64,000 bases of DNA from Perkinsus olseni (lineage: Eukaryota), in NCBI GenBank assembly GCA_013115125.1, contig JABANN010000016.1, positions 62,001 through 126,000 on the forward strand. Reading direction: 5' to 3'. Shown one piece after another: positions 50,416-62,399 of this stretch. Position 1 is the stretch's first letter; each line of letters starts with the position of its first letter. Under the pieces are notes generated by a model that saw only the letters and a program-made list of their open reading frames with translations, was not told the origin of the DNA and searched no databases. The position numbers were made by a program, and so were the translations under genes.

Positions 50416-51078
50416 CGCTGAGTTCCTCCATCGCGTCGCGAACGTCACGTTACTATTACTGCGCATGACCCTCGTCCCCCCCGCTTACGTCATTGAAGAT
50501 TTCAGACACCGGTGATGCTCATCACTCATCCCCCGGGTCCCCCATAGGAGTCATCTCCCCGCAACATAGCCGGGCATCAAAGCGGTAGCCACCTAACCGA
50601 CACTTCGCAATGACGAAACACATGATCCCAATGATGCCCAACTGAGGAAAGCATCGTATTTGTTTAGTGATCGAACGACTTGGGCCGTGCATACCTCAGC
50701 TCATCCTGTGGCTTCTTCTCAAGCCGTACTTTCCGTGGTCGGGATTCAATCTCTCTTGGAATTCTAAAGTCTCGTACATCCATTGCGGAAATCGAGGGCA
50801 ACCCTGCTGATAAGAACTCCTGTTACAAAAGGAGACAGTCATGTAGCCATGAATAATGAACAGTCAATTCGGTCAGCCCGCAGATATGCCATGAGCATCA
50901 GATCCAATTGCGGATAAGTTGCGGCAGTGTTGTGGCCACGCATGCATTCATAAAGCGTGATATCACAATGGATGGTGTGTCAAGGTCCCTGAGGCTATAA
51001 GCGCTGCAACTCAGGACTGAAGTTTAGCTCGGGGCGGATGGGGCACCAGTCAGCACAGTTAGGGGCAATTCAGTGGGG

Positions 51079-51667
51079 GTGTTCAATAGACCTCTCCCGA
51101 AAATCAGGGCCGCTCCCAGAATTGAATTTAACGTGTAAAATACGATCGTGGGAGCGTTCTTTTTTTGAGTGGAAACGGAATTATACACGTCCGACATGGT
51201 AGATTATACGGATCACAAGTGAAACGTTTATCAACCTTAACCAGCCAAACAGACAGACGAACGCCCGCAAGCACAGGCCAATCAATAGTAAGTAGTATAG
51301 ACATGCTTGCCTACTACGGTGCGCAAGACAGAAGGTTCCGTCGTGAGCTACGATGCATCAAGACCCGCAAACCAGACGACAACTCTGTGCTCCTGGAGAA
51401 CGTCGTGGAGCGGGCGACCACTCCCGTCACCATCGAGCGCAAGTCACCACCTTGCTCGTTCTCAGACGTATCGCCCCGGGACCACCTCCAGGATTCACGA
51501 TCGCCAATCAGGAGACTTCGTTGCCGTCGTGAGAATGCAGGACCTCAATGACATGAAGACACTACTTCCCCCCGGACTATTGCACGTGAGTGCCATACGT
51601 GCAATACATACGTGTAAAATACGATCGTGGGAGCGTTCTTGAAACTCAGGCGAGATCTATTGAACAC
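51079..51667. mobile_element. Possible MITE-like remnant with inverted ends and an internal 31-bp direct repeat
   Basis: GTGTTCAATAGA at 51079 is inverted at 51656-51667 (19/22 when extended); ACGTGTAAAATACGATCGTGGGAGCGTTCTT at 51131-51161 and 51610-51640. Confidence 0.5.
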
Positions 51668-54600
51668 GCGGAGTAATTTAAGGGCACTCGCAGCAATTTA
51701 AGGGCCGCAGCGAGAAATTTCGGGGCGCGCTTAAGTAACCACCATCACCGCCCACCTCACCGGGATTGCCCAGAACGTGATTGTTGTATTCTGCTCATCG
51801 CCCGGCACATCCACTATTCACCACTTTTCACAGCATCTATTTTTCATAACTGAGCAACCATGCACAATTCAGCAACGTCACCAAACACATCTCCGCAACG
51901 ATGCTAATGCTGAAAATCTCAACGCAGTTGCCAAATCTATGATGCTACTGTGAGAACTCTCATTTTTCGCCACATTGCTCGGCTGTTTACTGTTCCGTCA
52001 TTTCGCCGCTTCCACTACTAAGTGCTGTATCGCAGGGTGCTCAAGTGTGTTACCTTCACGCCTCAGCTAAAATTTATGCTAGTGCCGTGTGAGGCTGCCA
52101 CTGCCAGCCATTGCTACGCGTTCCTCGATCGAGCCTCTAACATGCACCTCTTTTAAGCCCCACTCGACTACCTGAACAAACGATGCGAGATAGTTAGATA
52201 GGCGCAGCTTTATTTAATCACCTGTCGTCTGACACGCTTCGTTGACATATTCTTCAAGCAAACTGCGGAGCCGCCGCCTCTTACAGTCCTCTGCGATTGT
52301 GTCATATACGATGACTAGTTGATTCTGATTCTGAGTTGAAGCCCCTTGAAGCACGCTCCAAGCTGGAAATGGCCGGGTTTTGCGTAAGTGGCGCGCGCAA
52401 GAGCAAAAGTGGCGCGCACAGGAATTAAGTTGCTCGGAGGAAAAAAAGTGGCGCCCGCGCAGAAAATGCCGAGAAATCGTCCGGACAAGAGTGAGCAGTT
52501 GCCCGAAGGGGCGCAGACGGGCAAACGTAATATGCGCTGAGTGTATGTGAAACCTTTTCAGGGAGTCCCAGCCTGGGACATAGTTCGGTGACGGATTTTC
52601 GGAAGGATCCGTCAGCTGAGTCGGGCGACCTCGATACATCCTCGAGGACTCGAAGTCGTCTACGCAGTCGCCTGAAACTATAACCTGCTCCCTTCGCGGC
52701 CTTCCACACGTGTGACACTAGAATGATTGTCATTTAATTATGGCAACGCCTGCGGAGATGGTATGGGTAGAACAGCAGGCCCTCATCAGGCAACATAGTA
52801 GGAGACATGGCGGTTGTTGGATGTAATTAGATCTTCCAGACCAGAATGAGGAAAGTGCAATCGGTAATTTCCCAGGCCGGAATTCATGGCCAAATGCTCT
52901 CCCTATTGAGCTGGGTACTCGAAGTCCTCGATAATAAGTATTAATTGAACGTTCGTTCTCTCCTCCCAAGGATATCTGTGGGTTCCGGGACGTCCACTGG
53001 CCTGTCTGTGATTGAGCCGCGCTGCGAAGGAACATCTTACCCAAAAGCGAATCGATCCATTGGCGCTCCACCTGCCTGATGGTCGGTAGTTTTAAGTTGG
53101 TCCCATAAATGGGATGCTGCGGCAGCAATCTAGCACGGGAAGACGATGCCGGTATTCTCACTCGCCACGATTCTGATTGGTCGGTGCCCAGCGTGGTGCA
53201 TCTAGAGTTGACGATGCAGCCCTCGAAGGCTTACTCTGGTAGTATCTGAGGTTGGAGCATGGACCGAAGAAAATCAGAAAATATTTTTTGGCATCTCTCG
53301 GGAGAGAATTGATCTCAGTACGAGACTTTCCAGTGTACCTTTCTACTGACTTTCTGAAGTTTAGTTTTTTTTCGGTAGAGTTTTTTCCATCGACTTCAGT
53401 TGCATCACCAAGTCCTCGAGGTAACGCCTCGGTAAGGAGCATAGTCAGCCAGGTAAACGCTCGGAAATGGAGCGAGGAGATGTTTGAGGAGAAGCTGGCA
53501 AACAGACGCCGAGATCGAGCACAGTAGTACACTTTGGACGGGGAGAATCATCACTTCAAAACGACGGTCACCACTTTGCTTCTTCCCACTGGCCTTTCGC
53601 GAAAGAGCATTATTCCATTCATGCGTCAAGCGTTCACCTGAGACTCTCAGGGTTTCGTCTGAGATTTCGGCTAGGTGAAACCCTGCCTGAGAGTAATGCT
53701 TCATAATGCATAAGCAGTGTATAGTGAATATCTCTCGTTTCCGTGGAGACCGATCTTCTATCTCGTGGCTGCCATCGACCTGGTCGGGCAGGCGGCCTGG
53801 CCCGGATCTGCACGTCGTTTACTGTGCTGCAAACAGACCTTCGGTGGCTGATAGCAGTATTACGGCGCCAGTACTAGTGCTACCAGTTTACGGTTGCTTC
53901 AGTTGTGTCTCCTGATGAGCGTCTTGGGGGTGAATCACCCAGTGATATACTCTCGATTGAATCCAAGAAGATCAGCGATCCCGCCTATCGTCCCACTCAG
54001 GTCAATACAGTCAAATCGTGGTGATCAAACCAACCGATCGACCCGGTCATACCGGACGACCGCTGGTGCATGCTACCGAAGTAGTGCTGGAGGCGAGACC
54101 AACAGGAGCGGCACCAGTGTAGTTGGCAATCGCCAACATATTTCGCGAATATCATCATCCTCCCAAGTGCAGTACACGGGCGACCTCACGACGCGGAGCA
54201 GCGGCAGGTAGTCGACGGCAGCCCTTGTGAATTTCGTGGCGCAGTGAAGCTGCTTGTAGGTCAATCAGCTCGCGTAAGCGAGATTCCTCTGACACATACT
54301 ACTGGGGAGAAGGGGATGTCGATGATAGCATCATTGGCAGGAGAAGGCCTGCCTATTATCCAAGTGTAGGGAAGAAATTTTATGCTACCATCCCTAGGTC
54401 AACGTGATCGTCATCAATTTCGTTCGCGACTATGCGCTTCGGAAGATCCCAAATAGCTCGACATTTCCGGTGCGCTCTAGCTGGAATGAAGCAACGAACA
54501 CCAGCAGCGCTGTTGGCAACTGTCGTCTTGTCCCGAACTGCTCTGCCGTACTCGTCTCGTTCCACCCACCCACTTCCGAGCCCCTTTCAGAGTCCCCTAC

Positions 54601-55273
54601 GACAGCGTCAGAGTCTCAGCGTGAGCTGCTCCAGTGGTGGACGATATGTCCCTAGTCCTCGCGGAACTCTCCTATCACCATGTTTGGTGAATGACAGCTA
54701 TTCTTCCGGCTGATCAATTGACGAAGTCGCCCTCCTTCCGAGTACTGCACACTCACGCTCAGTCTACTCCAATAGCTGTCGTGCTTGTGAACGGCCTGTT
54801 CTACAGTTGTAGATTTTTCCCTCGGTGTTCTCGCGTTAGCTCTGTTGCTGCTGCTACCATAGTAGGCTGTGACCTTTCTCTTGATGTATATAGTATTTCT
54901 ACGTACATACCTACATTCTGTAGCGGTAGGATAGAAATCTTGGTACACTTGGAATTCCTCAAACAAGTCATATAGGATCAATGCTCGTCATCATCATGAT
55001 TATTACATTTCTCATTGAAACAGCGGAAGTAGTAGGAAGCTCCGTTTGGCTTCCCTGCGCGTCTCACTTCTGCCAGGTCGCTGCTTCGGGAAATTTTATT
55101 TTTTATTTCTAATCGTACATCACGACCTCTGCTCAGTATTGAGTTCCGCCAGTCCTCAATGACGGGAAAACTGCCGATTCACAAGGTATCTTCGGCATGT
55201 CTGTTCACCTCGAGTAACCTCTAGAATTCGTCTCCGGCTGTAAGCTAGATGTCACAGTTTCCCCTCTTTTCTG

Positions 55274-55897
55274 ATGTCCGACAAATCTCTTCCCGTAGTC
55301 AGAATATTTCCTGTAGGCCCCTCCTGCGACCCCTTGCCGGTGGTCAAGTCCCTAGGGCTCTCGAGTACGCCCGCAACGCTCGAGCTGGATACTAAGTATT
55401 ACACCTGCAGTGTTGATGTCCATTGCCGCTCTCAAGAAGTGGACGAGGAGCCGGCCGAGGCTGTCGTTGTGGTAGTAGACCGTCCGGGTTCGATCTGTCT
55501 TCCCGAGAGTCGCTTTGACGAGTCCGCGGTTAAATTGATGGTTGCTTTGGGCCCGATGACGACGGCAGCGGAGGAATGGTGTTGGGATAGGGGGTTCGAG
55601 GTGGTTGATTTTCATGAGGAGCCCGAGCGAGTTCTCGAGGCTTTGAAGATGCACCATTGGTCTAACGCTAAGTTGAAAACTGCGCAGGAGGGAGGCGGAG
55701 CGAAGCAGGAGGAGTCGGTGAAGAAGGCCAACGAAGTGAGTATAGAAGAATTGGACGGTCTGATGAGCGAGATAAAAGCGGCCCACGACTTGGCACTGCA
55801 AGGCGGCTCCGACGTAGAAAGGAAGCAAAGGGCTGAGCAGCTGGCTATGAGACTGATGCAGTGTATGGAATCCGACAGTGAGGACGAAGATGCCTGA
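55274..55897 (+). CDS. AAGAB: Alpha- and gamma-adaptin-binding protein p34 (AAGAB/Irc6 family)
   Basis: LDTKYYTCSV, EWCWDRGFEVV, ERVLEALKMHHWSN and C-terminal ERKQRAEQLA match the family motifs; intronless 207 aa. Confidence 0.8.
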   Translation: MSDKSLPVVRIFPVGPSCDPLPVVKSLGLSSTPATLELDTKYYTCSVDVHCRSQEVDEEPAEAVVVVVDRPGSICLPESRFDESAVKLMVALGPMTTAAEEWCWDRGFEVVDFHEEPERVLEALKMHHWSNAKLKTAQEGGGAKQEESVKKANEVSIEELDGLMSEIKAAHDLALQGGSDVERKQRAEQLAMRLMQCMESDSEDEDA

Positions 55898-56146
55898 CCG
55901 TTTCGGATTTGGGAGTCTTGGATTTCCCAGGGGCACCGGGGGTAGCGTCTTATAGATGGTGGAGAGGGCATTTTGAACACAGGTCAGCGTTGCGCAGACA
56001 TGAACCCGCCGAACGCTGATCCGGTGGCACGCAGCTTCCGTGAAATCTGGGTGTCCGGATCTCAGGCTTTGTGCTTTCCTCTCCCACTGTCGTTGTGGTT
56101 GTGGTGGTCCCCTAGCACTTGTACTCGTTAGGTTGCTCTTTTTATA

Positions 56147-58617
56147 ATGCAACACGGTCGTCGTAAGCTCTCCCATGATGAGATACCGTCGGAACAGAAG
56201 GCGCTGGACAGAGAGAAGGCAGCGAGAGCTTTGAAGCATATGCATTCTGTGCTAGAGGCTAGGTGGACATGGTAGGTCCTAACCAGCGTGAATAGATCAG
56301 GACCTCTGCGAGGGTCTTGATGGCGTGCCGAGCTGCTGTGTGTTGGGCTTTTCGGTCGCCTCCGAGTATTGGCTCTTCGTTCTCAGTAAGGAGTTGACCC
56401 CTGAGGTTAACGAGATGACGATGAAGGCTTTGCAGATCAACCCGGAGGTTGCAACTATTTGGAACTTCCGGTAACGCTCACCGGAGGGCCCTCTCGGGAC
56501 TTGGCTGCATCTGCCATTTCCAGTCATCACGGAAGATCGTGGGTGGTTGAAACGATTGACTCCAATTGGCTTCGCTCCGCCTCGGGTACGATTGAGGACT
56601 TGATCTCCTCACTCAGGCGTGACCTACTGTCTCGGTTGCCAGCATCGACCCGAACGGCTGCCCTGAAGAAGGAGTTGGAGCTGATCAATATGGCCACTAA
56701 GCTGTAGGCTGGCCTCTCCCGTGCCTAGTCCCTCTAGAGTTGCCGCATCCTCTTGGCGTCCTTTGAGCCCAATCTTCCCTGGGTAATGCGCTCTTGCAGA
56801 GCCAGTGGAGATGCTTGGGATGTACTGGGGTGTAGACCCTACACTCTAGATTGGAACGCTTTAACTGAAAGGCTACCGCTGTACTACTGTAATTTGCGCT
56901 ACATTGTACGCTGAATCTACGACTTTCACTTCGTCATTTACACTAATAAAATAGAATAATCACAGATAGATCATCTTCAAAATTATGAGGGTATCAGCTA
57001 AATGTTATTTGTAGCGCTCGGCCAATTGCCATAGTAAACAGGCCCTGTCCGTTGGTCGGCGGGCCTCGTTGATGATCAGCCATGTGTCAGGATCACCAAG
57101 TCCTACTGTGTCTGGCATCAGCGGACGTGGGTGGTTAATGAGCTTCTCGATCTAGTGTCGTCTGCGCAGGATGCTTCGGAGGGAGGAGGTAGCTTTCGGA
57201 GGGAGTTGCGTTTGTTGTGGTATGGGCAAGGATATTCCTTCTGTTATCAGCCACCAGCGATCGAGCAGAGGGAACCCCAGAGGAGTTGATAGCGAGCGAG
57301 CTGGGAGTTATTAACAAGCTGCTCTCCTATGATGGGCGCAACTTCCATGTTTGGAACTACAGAGCGTAAGTTGGCGGCGGGCCAGTCGACTGTCGTTGAG
57401 TGCCCGTAGCGAGCAACCGCCCCTTGCCCTACTAGCTAGCTCTTAGCTGCGATCGTGAGAATGTGCTCGGGTAATATTCCTGAGGTCACGGCTGGCTGCC
57501 TACGGTTGGGTTAGCATGTGTTCGGTTGTCGCATCACTATTGGAAAGCACCGCTCCTGCGTCGTGCGGTATCTTATGTAATCGTCTTCTCCCTCAGGTTT
57601 TTGCTCTCTCACCCGGCCTACAAGGGAGACAAGACGAAGCTTGACCGAGAGACCAGTCAGCGACTTATCGATCAGAACTTTAGCAACTACTCAGCGTGGC
57701 ACCTGCGCAGTACATTGAAGGACTTGGACGTCCACGAAGAGCTGGAGTTGGTAGGGCTCACGACTGGTGGAGAAAGCCTGGAGATTCTTACGGTGATTGC
57801 CTCTGCGTTCGGTCATGAGAAGTAGTGAGGAAATCAGTAGATTCCTAGCGTTCCTGTGAGCGTCGTTGTTGTCGAGGAGCACTGATATGATTGTGGTCGG
57901 GGAAATAAAGTCTGCCTGTACTGAATGGTTCAGCACCGGAGGAGTACGTGATGCCTTAGGTCCGTCAAGCATACTATACCGAACCTAACGATCAGTCAGT
58001 ATGGCAGTACCACAACTGGCTCACCATTGCCGCTGAGGGGAAACATAAACTTGGCGATGAGTAAGCGCTGTTTCCATCGTGATGATGAGGGATGACCAGT
58101 ATCGAACCTTTGTCCACGGGGCCTCTCACTATGACAGCCCATTCACTCATTGACGTCCTCCGGAATTGCCCGAACGCCTTGTGTCCACGCTGAGTTGTGC
58201 TCCCATGCTCCTGGTCGAGGGGCCCGTAGGCAAACCCCTGTTTGATAGATACACTCCCGAGCAAGTTAACATTTTGAAGGAAGAGTTGGTGTCCGTGGAG
58301 GAGTTGTTACAAGTCGAACCGGAGGCTAAGTAAGGCTATAACGGGAGGACACGAGGGCTCCCTCAGTACTCCGCCGCTGAGTGGGGAATCAAGCCTTTAG
58401 TATCCTGCCGCAGACTGCGGCGTCATCGTTAAGCAATCCTTCTCGCTGTCCGATGATGTCCCTCGGTTGTAGGTACGCCCTGTTGACGAAGGCGAAGTTC
58501 CTTCGAGCATTGGATAGGAAGGGTTCGAGAGATGAGGTTAGGAGTATCTTCCTCAAGTTGGAGGAGGTCGACCCTCTCCGGAAAGGATTCTACCAGGACT
58601 GGCTCGAAGCCAAATAA
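56147..58617 (+). CDS. RABGGTA: Rab geranylgeranyltransferase (GGTase-II) alpha subunit, multi-exon
   Basis: N-terminal MQHGRRK; prenyltransferase repeats NPEVATIWNFR, KSYCVWHQR, DGRNFHVWNYR, NFSNYSAWHLRS, TEPNDQSVWQYH; C-terminal VDPLRKGFYQD. Confidence 0.9.
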
Positions 58618-58988
58618 TTGACTGAAACAATTCTCCATTTATCAAAAGAAAACTGCTTGCGTTGCAGTTGGCCACCTGTTCAACCTCGCTCGTTCACTGG
58701 GGTCGCATTCCCATCATTCTCTTAACACCACCGACGATCGGCAGATCATAAATTTCCACATAAATCTTATGTGGAATTTTTTGAAAAAAGTGGAAAAATA
58801 TTGATCACCTGGAATTGAAATCGGAGGGTATGAGGCCGTTACGGAATGGTGTAGTGTTGGTTGAACGCGTAACACTAAGCGAGGTGGTGTCACGTTTGTC
58901 GGGTTCGAGTGTTCCACGCTTTCTGCTGGTGAATCTCCAATGATACTCGAGTCCCCGCTGAGCTGTCGGAGGGGGACAGCGTTGCACA

Positions 58989-61343
58989 ATGAGGCCTGCT
59001 AGAGCCAGCGAGTCCTCTTCCACTTCTGCGCGCGTCCTTCGTGGACAGCTGGTATTAATTATGGGAAAGTGTAGTTTTTCCACTGCCATTGTCCCACCCC
59101 TCATGTTGTCGTTGGTCCCCAAGCCCAAGAGTGATATACGGGAATTAGCATCCAAGGTCGGTCCTCGCACTCGGCAAGTCTCGCTCATCTGGTTGCTACA
59201 GATATCTGCTCGTGTTGCCAAGAAGTCGGGCTCGCCAGTGGTGGTTCGTAGCGTTGGCGATTTCGTCGCCCTCCACAACACTGACGTTTTCAAGGGACTG
59301 AACGTTGGCTTCGTAAGTTGGGTTCGCGGAATAACCCCTCGGTGTACTTACGGTCGATTTCGTGCAGTTTCTGTCGGTTCGACCGACGAAGACCTATCTT
59401 AGGATGCGTGCTTCCAGGACTAGTGCAATTTATTTTTCCGAGCTTGACATCGCGGATGGCCCGAGCGTTCTGGGCATCCTTTCTAGTGACGGAAGTGCAT
59501 ATTGACCGGGCCCAAACAAATCGCAGATTGGCAGATCATGAGTTAGCCTCCACTAAGGCCGATGTCGTATCTCAGCGAATATAGGCTCTCCTGGGGTGGT
59601 TCGTTTCGCATTCTGGGGTGTAGTTTCTCCCGTACTGAAGCATCGGGCATTCCTGTCGATGGGGTTTCTTGGTCATGGCCCTTTTCTCAGATCCCCACGA
59701 TGGGTTCGCTCCACTCCGGCCACATGAAGCTCATCGCTGCCGCCCGGCCCAATCACGATGTCCTTGTTTTGTCCATCTTCGTCAACCCCGCTCAGTTTGC
59801 CCCAGAGGAGGACTATGACCAGTAGGCCGACCGGGAGTTTGCTATTTAACAAACACGATGCTAAAGTTACTCGTTGCTCGGTCGCTCTCCGTAGTGAACT
59901 TATACCCAACGAGCCTCGTAGTTCCTTGTAGTACTCTCAATGTGGTCATCCCCGGATACTCTCATCACTCTCTCTGGCGGAATTGGCTCACTTTCAGATA
60001 TCCGAGGAACCTCGAGGGCGACCTCAAAAAGTTAGAGACGGAGTCAGCTGCTGGTGTTGATGTCGTCTTCGCGCCCGAACCAGCTGACATGTACCCGAAG
60101 AACCCCCGAGCTGTAGTGGTAGGGAGGGCGGTGGCACATATTCAATATAGTGGCGCAGGTGTGAAACTCAGGATGTGATAAGCGTGTTGTCTTTCCTCAG
60201 CCCAGCGTGACTGTCGAGCCAAACTTCGTCAACGGTCTTTCGGAAGCAGCATGCAGGCCGACGTTTTTCCGCGGCGTGGCGACAGTTGTTATGAAGCTGT
60301 TGAACATTATTCGCCCGAAGAGAGCATACTTCGGACAGAAGGTACGGGTGTGGATGTCCTCGAGAAACGCGCGTCGAAGGTCGGATTTTCAGGACGCTAT
60401 GCAAGTGAGCGTCATCATTTCCATGGTTAAGGACCTGAATGTTCCAGTGGAGCTTGAGGTGGTGGAAGGAAAGGAAATTATAGTGAATCAGCTTCGCTCC
60501 GCTGTAGATTGTGCCAACAGCCCGTGAAGCAGACGGTCTGGCTTCCAGTAGCCGTAACGTGTACCTCACTTCCGCTATGCGTGAGAAGGCTCCCATTCTC
60601 TACAAGTGAGTGACTGGGAGTGAAGGAAGGGAGGAATGTTGTTTTCGTGTGGCAGGTCGCTGTGTGCTGCCTACGACATGATCAAGTCATCGAAGGAGCC
60701 CGTGAAGGCATCGGAGGTCGAAGAGGTGGTCAAAAAGACTTTGTTGACGGAGCCTATGGTTCTAGGGATCGAGTAGTGCTGGGAGACATATCGGTAGAGT
60801 TTGATTTTGAATATATCATAATTATAGTAATATTGGATATGATATCATGCTGACTTCAGGACATTTTTGCCTTGTACACAGTCATGATATTATGCCAAAT
60901 ATTCATCTCATAGGTTGCCTATAATAAGTGGTGGTTACCATCAATCGATAGATATCACTTAGTGATGTTGCCATCACTGATGGCCCATCAGATGCTTTTA
61001 TCGCCTTGTTATAGTATACCTATAATCTTGAGAATACTAATATGAGTATATAGACGTCTACTTGGTCATGGCAAGTTCGCACTCGTTCGAATAGCACGAC
61101 ACGTTCCAGCAGTCTCTCCGTATTGGTGAATTACAGGTACATTAGCGTGGCATCAGTGGAAACTGCACAAGAGGTGGACACCATCCAGTTTGGACCTGAT
61201 GCGGAGCCGGTAGTAGCATGTGATGAGGCGTGTTGTGGCGATGGTTGTGCCGTCAGGTCCTCGTTGCCATTGCCGTGAAGTACGGCGGCCCTGATCTGCG
61301 GTTGATCGACAATATGTGGATGGACAATCAGCAGCACGCATAA
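58989..61343 (+). CDS. panC: Pantoate--beta-alanine ligase (pantothenate synthetase), multi-exon; start uncertain
   Basis: [68 protein letters not shown]. Confidence 0.93.
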
Positions 61344-61539
61344 GGCCTTTCGGAGCACAATAAACCAATTCCTTACTTCACCAGAGACGCTGTTTATTAA
61401 CCTGTGCATTGTTTCTGCACTGAGGTCTGCGGTTGAGTTGGTGAAATATGACATCGGTGTATTAATAATTTTGGCCCTCCGGAGAAGGGCAGGGTTGTTG
61501 TTATTCAGTTGGAAGATACTTGGGCCATACCTTGCTCGA

Positions 61540-62187
61540 ATGCTCTGGCCGCTGCTCCTCACCGGCGGTGGTCTCGTCGGTCTGAACTATCACGCAGCTA
61601 AGGAGCTAGAAGACAAGCAGGGTTCGAACAGGTAGGGCTCGCGAGGGAAAGATCCGCCGAAATACAAAATAAAGCCAGAACAGTGCGTGTGTCAGTCCAA
61701 CGCAGTCGCCGGCTTAGACTTGATGCCGTTGTGCTAGCAACTTAACGCTGGACAGGGCCTACCTTTTTATCGAGCTTTTCATGTCAGTTCGTCCCGGGTC
61801 TCCACCTTCGTCCCCACGTTCGCGCTCGGCCTCATTACCGGTGTCTGGATGGGTGTCACCTTCGGGCCCTGGTTCTCACGAGTAAGAAATCCCGTACGAA
61901 GTCAACTTCCGTTATCTCCTCTTCAGACATGGTCGACTGTAGACTCCTGGCTGCGGTGGTTACGACTGGCCCCGCCCCTGCCCCCCTCGAGGTCGAATGA
62001 GCCCCTTCGTGGCGAAGGACCCTACCCCTACGGACAAGCGTACCCGTCACAGCCAGTCCCTCCGGCATACGGCCAGCAGGGCCCGCCGCCGCCCTACGGC
62101 CATCCGCCGTCTCACCCGTACGCCGTGGATCCCCACTATCATCAGCCGCAGATGAGTGGCAGCCAGGCAGCCCCTCGGTACGCGTGA
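61540..62187 (+). CDS. Small three-exon membrane protein with Pro/Tyr/Gln-rich tail
   Basis: MLWPLLLTGGGLVGL..., hydrophobic FALGLITGVWMGVTF, PPPYGHPP tail; two GT-AG introns keep frame. Confidence 0.6.
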
Positions 62188-62399
62188 TGCATCGACAACA
62201 GCTTTGCCGTAATTCCCCTACTGTTAACATAGCCCAAGTATTATTAGTGATTGTTTATGTATTTTGTTGCGGAAAATTGTGTTATGAACAGTGGCCCGCT
62301 CGAGAAGTGGAAATTCCGACTACTGACGCAACTCGGGGAGACTTTCGATCAACAAGATGCAAATCATGGAAAAATGCGGTTAACGTCTTCTACCGGACC

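Noticed and set aside
52650-54980. Minus-strand ORF fragments suggesting a decayed gene
   Set aside because: No consistent exon chain or recognisable domain.
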